The translations under genes were made by a program, and so were the position numbers. The notes below the pieces were generated by a model. That model was not told the DNA's origin. It made no database searches and saw nothing but the letters and a program-made list of their open reading frames with translations. A stretch of DNA of 64,000 bases from Pyrinomonadaceae bacterium (GTDB taxonomy: Bacteria > Acidobacteriota > Blastocatellia > Pyrinomonadales > Pyrinomonadaceae), in NCBI GenBank assembly GCA_050250045.1, contig JBFWPK010000014.1, positions 20,841 through 84,840 of the forward strand, given 5' to 3'. Shown here piece by piece: positions 1-8,800 of this stretch. How positions within the stretch are numbered: the first letter of the stretch is position 1; every line of letters starts with the position of its first letter.

Positions 1-172
1 GCGGTGCGGAAAAATACGCGGTTACTGTGAGCAGTTCGCTGTTCGACTGCGAGAGCAGATCTATCTCGCTCCCGAGCGAATCAAGATTGTTGAACGCGAA
101 CTCGGCAGCCTCGACATACTCCGGCGGCACGCTCACCGACACCGCAAACCATTTTTCAGGTTTTGCGTTCAT
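1..172 (-). CDS. partial CDS (first 57 codons, continues past window start); weak resemblance to the N-terminal domain of ribosomal protein L11 methyltransferase (PrmA)
   Basis: Open frame from ATG (172-170) to the window edge: MNAKPEKWFAVSVSVPPEYVEAAEFAFNNLDSLGSEIDLL... The ATG overlaps the era stop codon in an ATGA junction. Confidence 0.35.
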   Translation of the reverse strand, partial: MNAKPEKWFAVSVSVPPEYVEAAEFAFNNLDSLGSEIDLLSQSNSELLTVTAYFSAP

Positions 173-1068
173 TCGTACACGCCCATCTCGTCCAGATTGC
201 GGCCGCTGTTTCGCCAATCGGAAACTACCTTGACGAACAGGTGCAAGAACACCTTTCTGCCGACGATATTCTCGATCGCCAGTCTCGCGTTTGTTCCGAT
301 CTGCTTCAGTTTCGCTCCGCCCTTACCGATAATGATGCCCTTCTGTGTTGGCCGTTCGACGAATATCGCGCAATAGATCTCAACCGAGTTTGGATCGCTG
401 TCGTCGTATTTTTCGGTAACTACGGCGGTGACGTAGGGAATCTCTTCCCCTGTGGTTACGAGAATTTGCTCGCGCACCATCTCCGCAACCAGCGTCCGCA
501 TTGGCTGGTCGGTCAACTCGTCTTCGGAAAAGATCGGAGGGCCTTCGGGGAGATGCTTAACTATCTGTCGCAGCAGGTTATCGACCGCGTCGCCCTTCAA
601 CGCCGAAACCGGAACGATCTCGACGAACTCGTATTCCTTTGCGTAAAGATTGATGAGCGGCAGCAGAGTGGCCTTGTCTTTGATCTTGTCGATCTTGTTC
701 AAGACAAGGACGGACGGTTTTTCCGATTGCTTCACAAGGTCGAGCACGAACCGGTCGCCGTTGCCGGTCGAAACGCTCGCATCGCGCATCAGCACAACAA
801 GGTCCACCGACAAGATCGCGTCATGCACCGCAGCCATCATGCGGCGGTTCAGCAAATAGCCGGGCTTGTGAACTCCCGGCGTATCGACAAAAACGATCTG
901 CCCTTCCGGCAGAGTAACGATCCCCTGGATCTTGTGTCGCGTTGTTTGCGGCTTGTTCGAAACCGCAGCGATCTTCTCGCCGACCAGCTTATTTAAAAGT
1001 GTAGATTTACCGGCATTCGGCCGTCCGATCAGGCCGACATAGCCGCTGCGGAAATTGTCGTTTGGCAT
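169..1068 (-). CDS. era: GTPase Era
   Basis: 299 aa. G1 motif GRPNAGKST, DTPG, NKID, and a C-terminal KH domain (IIIGKGGAKLKQIG). Confidence 0.95.
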   Translation of the reverse strand: MPNDNFRSGYVGLIGRPNAGKSTLLNKLVGEKIAAVSNKPQTTRHKIQGIVTLPEGQIVFVDTPGVHKPGYLLNRRMMAAVHDAILSVDLVVLMRDASVSTGNGDRFVLDLVKQSEKPSVLVLNKIDKIKDKATLLPLINLYAKEYEFVEIVPVSALKGDAVDNLLRQIVKHLPEGPPIFSEDELTDQPMRTLVAEMVREQILVTTGEEIPYVTAVVTEKYDDSDPNSVEIYCAIFVERPTQKGIIIGKGGAKLKQIGTNARLAIENIVGRKVFLHLFVKVVSDWRNSGRNLDEMGVYE

Positions 1069-1169
1069 CGGTTAGAACTTAGCAGATTCGCCCGAGATTC
1101 TCCACAGAGGCGCACGACACACAGAGAGGAGGCAATCACCATACTCTGACTGCTTGCAGTTCAAAAACG

Positions 1170-2975
1170 CTACTGTTCTTTGACCAGCCGGGCCTTAGCC
1201 GTCCGGGCTTCGGCGTAGGCACCGCCGGCGACGGGGCCGAGCTGGATCGCTCTATCGTAGATGGAGGCAGCGTAGGCGTTCTCGTCATAGAACTCGTATA
1301 TCTTGGCCAGGGCAACAAAGGTAAGCGAGAGCAGTGCCCTGTCTGTATTCGGCCCGGCAGTTTTCAGGACATTGTCGTAGGCTTTTTTGGCCTCGATCAA
1401 CGCGGCCTTTTGTTTCGCGGGGTCGGTGATGTTCTCGGCTGATAGGCTGGCAACCCGGCCGATGCTGTAATGTATCCTCGGCTCGGTAGGGTTTTTCTGA
1501 AGCAGGTCCTTTAACTCGGAACTCGCTTGGGAGTAGTTCTTTGCCTCGATCAGCTTCTGTATCTCGACCAGCCGGTTCGTAACTGGATTTTCGACAATTA
1601 TATTGGTTGCGGCCGGATTCTTTTTTCGTTCTCCGCGAGCGGCTTCGGCGCGTTTTCGCGCTTCGGCAAATTGGCCGAGCCGATCGGTTTCCCTTGTACC
1701 GTCAAACGCGACGAGCATGTCCTTTACTGACGAAGCAATGTCGAAACCGGAGCCGCCAAAGCCCTTCAACTGTTCGGCGAAATAAAATGCAAGCAACGCG
1801 CCCTTCTCGTAATCTTCCGAGAGCCGCAGGGCCGTCTCGTCCGCCAGCGAAGCCTTGGTCCGTTCAAGCTCCTGAACGATCGCCCGCTTTTCCTGATCGG
1901 TCTTGACGGCATCGACACGTTCGCGGGCCTGGGCGGTAAGCGCGGTGACACGAGCATACTCGTCCTGTTTCGCGTCGATCGCCGCGGCCAGCGAGCGCGA
2001 GATCGTCAGGTAAACATCGGGCGAGGCGGACGGATCGGCCTTTCTTCGCTCGTCGAGCAGCGTCTTTACAAGCGGCCTGATAGTTTCGATGTCCTGGCTG
2101 TGCGAATAGATCAGCGGATCCACCACAAACTGGAGGAAACCGCGACGCACTTCGGAGGAACTCAGCTTGCGTCCCTCCAATTCAGCAGGCACGATGACGG
2201 AATACTCGTCCTTCACGTTCACGAAATTGACCGTGCCGCGCGGGGCCAGCATCTCAGGCACTATCGTGAACGACCTCTCGCGTTCGCGGATGGCGACGTT
2301 GCTTATTTTGTCTTTCTTGCTGCCGGACTTCTGGGTTTCGGTCTTAACGCGTTCAATTATCACGGTCTGCGGACGCGTGTTCAGGTATGAAAGTATCTCG
2401 CCGACCATCTCGCGGGCCGACGGCCGCAACTGGCCGTCAGCGGCCTTTTGGTACGTTTTGACATATTCGTTCAGGTTCCCGCTAAAGCTCGACCGGCGGT
2501 AAAACTCCCGCACGAGCGGAGCAAAGTCCAGCACATCCAGAAGACTCCCCGGCAGGTCGATCGTCACGACCGGATCTGCCAATTCCGGCGGCGGCGTCAA
2601 CGCGTAGGCCATCGAGATGAACGGGGCCACCAACTCGGCGTCCGTCAGCTTCGGATAACGCTTTTTGTGGGCGATGAGGAAACTCGAGATCTTTTGCCTC
2701 AGATCGGAAGGCAAGGCGGCAAGGTCGCTTTTGAGCAGATCGCGGAACTTGGAGCCCTCGGCCGACAGCGGCGTATTTATAACCGGAACGCTCTCGCCCG
2801 ACACATTGGTCGTCCGGGCAGCCTCAAGGGTCGCAAGAACGATCATCACCCGCTTGTCCGGCTCGATCCGAACGCCGTAATTGGTAAGGTCCATCCCCGA
2901 CTGCACATTCTGAGCATGAACCGGTAACGAAAGAAAACAGATGGCCGCGAAGATAAATGTCTTTAACATCAACAA
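1170..2975 (-). CDS. hypothetical secreted protein with TPR-like C-terminus
   Basis: 601 aa. N-terminal signal peptide (MLMLKTFIFAAICFLSLPVHAQ). C-terminal helical-repeat region. No family recognised. Confidence 0.6.
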   Translation of the reverse strand: MLMLKTFIFAAICFLSLPVHAQNVQSGMDLTNYGVRIEPDKRVMIVLATLEAARTTNVSGESVPVINTPLSAEGSKFRDLLKSDLAALPSDLRQKISSFLIAHKKRYPKLTDAELVAPFISMAYALTPPPELADPVVTIDLPGSLLDVLDFAPLVREFYRRSSFSGNLNEYVKTYQKAADGQLRPSAREMVGEILSYLNTRPQTVIIERVKTETQKSGSKKDKISNVAIRERERSFTIVPEMLAPRGTVNFVNVKDEYSVIVPAELEGRKLSSSEVRRGFLQFVVDPLIYSHSQDIETIRPLVKTLLDERRKADPSASPDVYLTISRSLAAAIDAKQDEYARVTALTAQARERVDAVKTDQEKRAIVQELERTKASLADETALRLSEDYEKGALLAFYFAEQLKGFGGSGFDIASSVKDMLVAFDGTRETDRLGQFAEARKRAEAARGERKKNPAATNIIVENPVTNRLVEIQKLIEAKNYSQASSELKDLLQKNPTEPRIHYSIGRVASLSAENITDPAKQKAALIEAKKAYDNVLKTAGPNTDRALLSLTFVALAKIYEFYDENAYAASIYDRAIQLGPVAGGAYAEARTAKARLVKEQ

Positions 2976-3163
2976 TTTGAGTGCGTAGATCTAAAACTCC
3001 GGCAAACGCCGCGATAGTATCAACCTAAATGATGAATTTTACCGCACCAAAGATGCTTCCACCAGAACAGAAGTGCCAAGTCCCGCGCGCCAGCCACCGC
3101 AGCCCACGGCTTTGCCAACGGGTTCAGCCAGGCCCGATAGCGAGCGTTTTTGCATCAATAGGT

Positions 3164-3685
3164 CTACGCCGCGGAACCTGTGTTCGTCCCGACCGCCGGA
3201 ACGGTGATCGTCTGCTTTGTCACATTACCGTTGTTCACCGAAGCGGTTGAACCGTATTCGTAATCCAGATCGAGCAATCCCGTCCCGCCCTGAGTTGTGC
3301 CGAGGGCGATCTGCGTCGGCTGGAGCCAGGAATTGAACGCGGTCGATTCCCAAGCCCCGTTGCCCAACTGCATCGAAGTGACCGCACCGGCGGCGTTGTA
3401 CGTGAAGTTGTTCGCGTAGGCCCAGTAGCCACTGTTTGCGTTCTTCCGGCTTTGCACCATCTCCAACGACCCATCGGCATCGAGCGTGTTCTTCACCTTC
3501 CGCCCCGACGGATACTGCTGCTCGATCAACTCCCCCGACAAATTATACGCGTAAGTCATCAAGCTGTCCGTCGCCCCGTTGCCGTAGGTTACTCCGTCGG
3601 TTGTCTGCCTGCTCGCCGTCACACGTCCTAAGATGTCGAATGAAGTGTATTCGGTTGTCGAAACGCTCGATTCCACTTTCGTCAA
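3164..3685 (-). pseudogene. vestigial RHS/YD-repeat fragment (internal piece only)
   Basis: The 173-aa frame aligns with an internal part of the large RHS protein: YAYNLSGELIEQQYPSGRKVKNTLDADG versus YKYNLSGGLIEQTYPSGRLVRNFLDSDG. It lacks the N-terminus, the core domain and a toxin tip. Confidence 0.75.
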
Positions 3686-3722
3686 CGCATCCTCATGAAC
3701 CCACTATCCCCTCTCAATTTAT

Positions 3723-4277
3723 TTAAGTTTCGTAAGCCAAATCATATTCCCGTGGAGAATTAGCAATTTGGACTAGCCGCCATCCTTCCTTTAACTTTTC
3801 TTCCGCTTTAGGACCGACATAAAAGACACCGATTCTTCTAAAGTTTTTCTTTATCTTCGAAGAAAGGGGTTTGTAAATTGCCAGGGAAGACTCAGTGTCA
3901 GAAATAGTTGAAACTCGTCCCGCGACAATTACTTTGTTTTTCTTGGTATATACTCCTTTCGGTGCGAATACTATTGTGTCGGGATTCAACTTTTGATCAA
4001 TGAGAAATACGACACCTCCCTTGCTTAGTTCAAATTCTTCTATATTTAAGGTCGAATCCTTGGGCTTGATCAGGTAGCGATGGTCAGGTCCGGCCCAATC
4101 GCCGTAATCTGTGAATCCAAGTTGAGGGATTCTGGTGAATGAGGCGTACGTTTGCGAAGTCTTGAATTCGAATCTTCCCATCACTACATACTCAATTTCA
4201 CATTCCCGTTCTACCGCGTCGAGAATCGGAAATAAATCATCTTCGATTGCAAAGAAAAGCGTTTCACTTGAACCCAT
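3723..4277 (-). CDS. hypothetical protein, candidate immunity protein for the orphan RHS toxin
   Basis: 184 aa, visibly AT-richer than its surroundings. Lies directly downstream of the orphan toxin cassette on the same strand. Confidence 0.5.
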   Translation of the reverse strand: MGSSETLFFAIEDDLFPILDAVERECEIEYVVMGRFEFKTSQTYASFTRIPQLGFTDYGDWAGPDHRYLIKPKDSTLNIEEFELSKGGVVFLIDQKLNPDTIVFAPKGVYTKKNKVIVAGRVSTISDTESSLAIYKPLSSKIKKNFRRIGVFYVGPKAEEKLKEGWRLVQIANSPREYDLAYET

Positions 4278-4445
4278 ATTTTCTATTTCCTCTTTGAAAT
4301 TAGCAATAGATGTTGTCCCGGCCCAATTTGCTTCCGAATTCGCGCGGCGTTTCGACGTTCTCGTGCCGTTGGCGTTGTGCCGTTCTTCAATGTGTCGACT
4401 GTATTTATTCGTATCGTCCCGTATTTCGGGTGAGTAGCCGTAAGG

Positions 4446-5510
4446 TCAACGTAGGAACCTCCCTTTCGGCCGCCCAGCAGCGGCTTTTAAATATTCCTCC
4501 TTATCGCGCCCTCCGCCCCTTTCGATCGTGTAGCCTTTATCAACTAAAGTGTTCGCGATCTCATCGATCTGCTTCCGCGTTGCGTCGCCACCCAGCCTTC
4601 CCGCCCGCCTCGCGATCTTGGCACCATCGAGATAGTTTCCGGCGATTGGAATTAATCCTCCAAGACCCATTAAGCCGCTTAGGTGATCGCCTCTTCCAAA
4701 ATCGATACCCGCACTTAGAAGTCCCGTCGCCTGCGAAGCGATGGGTATCTCGGTCGCTGCAACGCCGTCAAAGAAAAACTGAGTTGCATCAAGCAGTTCT
4801 TCGGCACTTGCCCCGTGCGTTAGGTCTATTATTATTGGGTCCTTGTTGGGCAGGCATTCCAGGCGGGGGGCGCATAAACTTAGCATTCCGCTTGAGCCAC
4901 CCGTTTCGGAACCTGCCGACGCAGGGGCCGCGTTGGAGGCGGCGGCTTGGGCCGCAGTTTGGCCAGCGGTGTTGCTCGTCGCGTCGGCTACGCTACGTCC
5001 TTGCGCGGTAGCTTGGTTTTGCGGTGAGCTCGGGACGACTGTGCGCCTCCCGTCCGGGTGGAAGTACAAAACGCTTCCAACGCCATATTGATTCCCGTTC
5101 GAATCGAGCCCTCCGGATCCCTCGGTTCGCCGGAGTTTCTGGCCGTCAACATTCTCCCATGTTATTCCGCCTTCATCTTTAGGACATGGTTTTCCTTCTC
5201 CTGTGAATCTTGGTTCTCCTTCGTTACTCAGGCACCAAGACAGTCCGCTCGGGTCGGTGTAATTTATTGGATTGTTTCCCGTATATGTATAGCGATTGAA
5301 AGTCTGAGGATTAGTCGCGCTCGCACTCGCGAGCAGCGGATCCACCGCCGTAAACCTTCCATGCTTATTCTGGTACATCCTCGCCTCGGCGAAGTCGAGG
5401 CCGGTCTCGTCGTCCTTTTCGTAGCCGGTGAAGCGCTTTCGCACACAGTCGGTGCCGCCGGTTCAGGGCTTTGGTGCGGTTGCCCACTCCGGCGCCGATC
5501 TCTTATGACT
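4446..5510 (-). CDS. orphan RHS C-terminal cassette (end of RHS core plus alternative toxin domain), no proper start
   Basis: Frame 4446-5444 begins inside the RHS core: RKRFTGYEKDDETGLDFAEARMYQNKHGRFTAVDPLL...NPINYTDPSGL. A unique 250-aa tail follows. Core homology continues upstream to about 5510 in another frame, so it is frameshifted. No ATG or RBS context. Confidence 0.75.
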
Positions 5511-5527
5511 GCTTTCAAAGCGCGAAA

Positions 5528-5884
5528 TCATAAAACGTGAATGCCATCCAGTTCAATTTCTAATTCGTCATTTCCATTATCGTAACACGTCATCTCGATA
5601 CTTAAGTCTGATTCACCTTCCTCTAAGGTCCACAATGGGAAATCGACACTCCACCGCGGAGGGTTTGAATCGATGACCGGAGTAATATCTACGCTTTCAG
5701 GGAACGAAGACGGAGGATTAATAAGCGTACGCCCATACTCGGAGATCGCCTCGCTGATCTGGGTTTCGGTCAACCTCTGATTTTTCGTTATCAGCGCAAT
5801 TTCAGAATATTTTTTCTCTACTAGAAGCCGAACTAATCGTTCTGCCGCCGCCATAATAATGTTGTCCATCGGATTGTTTTGCAT
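5528..5884 (-). CDS. hypothetical protein, candidate immunity protein for the main RHS toxin
   Basis: 118 aa, acidic, AT-rich. Starts 4 nt after the RHS stop codon on the same strand. Confidence 0.55.
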   Translation of the reverse strand: MQNNPMDNIIMAAAERLVRLLVEKKYSEIALITKNQRLTETQISEAISEYGRTLINPPSSFPESVDITPVIDSNPPRWSVDFPLWTLEEGESDLSIEMTCYDNGNDELEIELDGIHVL

Positions 5885-5887
5885 GTT

Positions 5888-8800
5888 TCACCTCCGATTT
5901 CCAGGTATGCGTGTAGGAGTTGTCTTATTCACTCCCAGTCCACCAAAATACGCATCGGCTTTATTGATCGCATTACGCGCCTCGGATCGGGATAATCCTG
6001 CCTTTCTCAAAGCCTTATACCCGATTCTTCTCTCTGCTCCATACGTTCCACCTCCTCTTTGTCTTTGGACCGAAGTGGCGATATTGTGTGGCGTACCTGC
6101 CAAATTCGGAGGGCCGGGTAAATGTACGCCTGGAGCCGCGTTTTTTGAATAACCCGGCAGGTTTTTAACAGCGGCATGCTGAATTGTGTGATGAGCGTCC
6201 TTAAACCCAGCATTTTTCAAAGCGCTGATGGAGTCCATCGCTTTATCTGCTTTTCGGAACCATTTGACGCCCGGTATCAGGTTGGGCAGTTCCGATAAAG
6301 CCTCTCCACCGTTGGCCTGACCGCTCGTGACAAGGATGACAACAGCCGTAGCCGCAACGTTCGCGCCCGGGACCAACTGAAGGAGGCGGGCAGCATCCTT
6401 GATGTCCTCGACCGTTTGCAGCCCTGGGGCAGCCGCCGCGGCATCGGCCAATGTGTTGGACCACAACGGACTCCCGCCCCCACAACTTTCGCACGGAAGC
6501 GGGAGTGCCCCGCGAGGAGCTATGTTCGAGCTGATCTCTGCGGCCGGTGCGGAGCTGATCGCCTCCTGCTCCGCCCGCACCTGAACGCCCTTCTCCGGTG
6601 CCAGGTCCGCGCTCCGCGATGCCGGCACCAACGGAGTGAACGACCCATTCCGGTTCAGGGTGCCGTAATCGCCAACCTGCCCGCCCACGTCCGACCAGTC
6701 CCCGCCCGAAAGCGTGACCGCCTCGCCGTCGACGTTCGCCCACTTGTCCTTCTCCGTATCAGTAGGACACGGTTTCCCCACTCCCGTAAACGTGGTAGCC
6801 CCGCTGTTGCTGCGGCACCACGAGAGCCCGCTTGGGTCTGCGTAGTTCACGGGGTCGTTTCCCGTGTAAATATACCGGTTAAAGGTCTGCGGGTTCACGG
6901 CGCTCGCACTCGCCAGCAGCGGGTCGGGCGCGGTGAATCGGCCGTGCCTGTTCTGGTACATTCGCGCCTCGGCGAAGTCGAGGCCGGTCTCGTCGTCTTT
7001 TTCGTAGCCGGTGAAGCGCTTTCTCACACGGTCGGTGCCGGCGACCGAATACTTCAGGCTCTCCGATCTTGCCCCGACACCGACGCCGATTTCTTCGCCG
7101 AACGGCATAAAGTCGCGGCGGGCGATCACCTGGCCTGAGGCGTCCGTTATCACTCTCGGGCTTCCGAGGTGATCTGTTGTCAAATAGCTTGTTTCGGCTT
7201 CCTCAGCCGGTGCAACCACCGTCGAGTACTCCGCCGCGAGTGCACCTCCGGCGTCGTAAACGAAAATGGTCGTCTCGGTCGCGGTTACCTTCTTGACCCG
7301 CGCACCGCTCCCGTCATAGGAGTACCTTCCGATCACGTTCGCATCGGGGTTCTCCGGCGGCGGCTGGACGTTGAGGTCCCTTATCTCGGTCTGCTTGTCG
7401 TCCCCGTTAAAGACGAAACTCCGGTTCTGGGCATCCAGGATCAAATTCCCGTTGAAATCATAAACGTATCCCTGCCCGGTGGTGAAGCGGTTGTTCGTCT
7501 GATCTATCGTCGGGTGCGTTAGGTTGTTAATCGGAAGCTGAGTGCTTCCGACCGTCTGCGAAAACTGCGTCCGGTTCCCGTATCGGTCATAGCCAAAGGT
7601 TTGCACCCAGTTCTGCGTCGTTCCGGTTTTTTCTACGGCTTCCGTCAGTCGGTTGATCGCGTCATACTTGAACGTCTGAACAAAACTGGTCGTCGGAATA
7701 GTCGTGGTCGTCTTCGCGATCATCCCGATGTTCTTCGCCGTATCGACGGTAACACCGTCCGCGTTCAACTCGCCGTACTCGTAATCGATCTTGAACAGGT
7801 CATTGTTCGTCTGCGAGGTTCCCAGTCCGACCTGCTTCAATTGATTAAGCTCGTCGAAAACGGCGGTTTCCCACAATCCGTTCCCCAGCTTCATCTTTCT
7901 GACAGCACCCGTCGCCGAGTAGTCGAAATCCGAAGCAAGCGGATTCATCATCCCGGTCGCGGTCTTAGTTGCCACCGCACTCAATCCGCCGTCGCTGTCC
8001 AGAAAGTTGCGGACAAGCCTCCCGCTCGGATACGTCTGCTCGATCAGCCCGCCCGAAAGATTGTACTTATAAGTGAAACCGTAAGTCTGCCCATCGGTGA
8101 TCTGCTCACTTGCCAGCAATCGTCCGTGGTTATCAAAACTCGTGAACCGGTCCTCGGAAACGGTGCTGGTGACTTTGGTCAATGCACCTCTCGAGAACGC
8201 AGGTGTCGAAGGCAGCCCTTTTCCGTCGTAGAAAAACTCGACCTGCGGCGTCCCGTCGGAGTATGTCCTTTTTACGGGACGACTCGCTTTGTCGTACAAA
8301 TTCGTGATCGTTATGTTCTTCGCGTCGGTAACACTGAGAACATTTCCGAAATCATCATACGTATAGGCGGCCGTCCACTCGTTGTTGTCGGGATTCCCCG
8401 TCGTCGCAAGGTTTGAGTTTGGCGTTTGCTCGGGCTGTCTGACTTTGATCAAGCGGCCGAGCGAATCGTACATAAAGAATCGATTCTGCCCGCCTTGAGC
8501 GATCTTCACCAACTCGCCCTTAACATTGTAACTATAGAAAGTCGGCTGAGTCGGGTTCGCAAGAGTTCCCAGGTCCTGCTCGGCCGAGCCGCCCTTAGCG
8601 GTCGCTTCGTCGACGCGCATCAAGCCATAGATTCCCGATATTGCCCGTGATTTTCTTCCCGAAGCGTCGGTCGCAACGACGTACGTCCCAATCAGGCCCG
8701 TAAGGTCGGAGATGCCGAACTGGACAGTTCCCAGGCTGATCCCAGTTTGCCCCTCAGGCGCCGGGGCGTAGGTCTCGACGACGCGACTTTGGTGGTCGTA

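Noticed and set aside
163-996. 277-aa plus-strand ORF
   Set aside because: It is antisense to the unmistakable era gene and has no motifs.
6243-7138. Several 60-240-aa ORFs inside the rhs 3-prime region on both strands
   Set aside because: They are embedded in the 1867-aa RHS frame and have G/R/P-rich low-complexity translations with no motifs.
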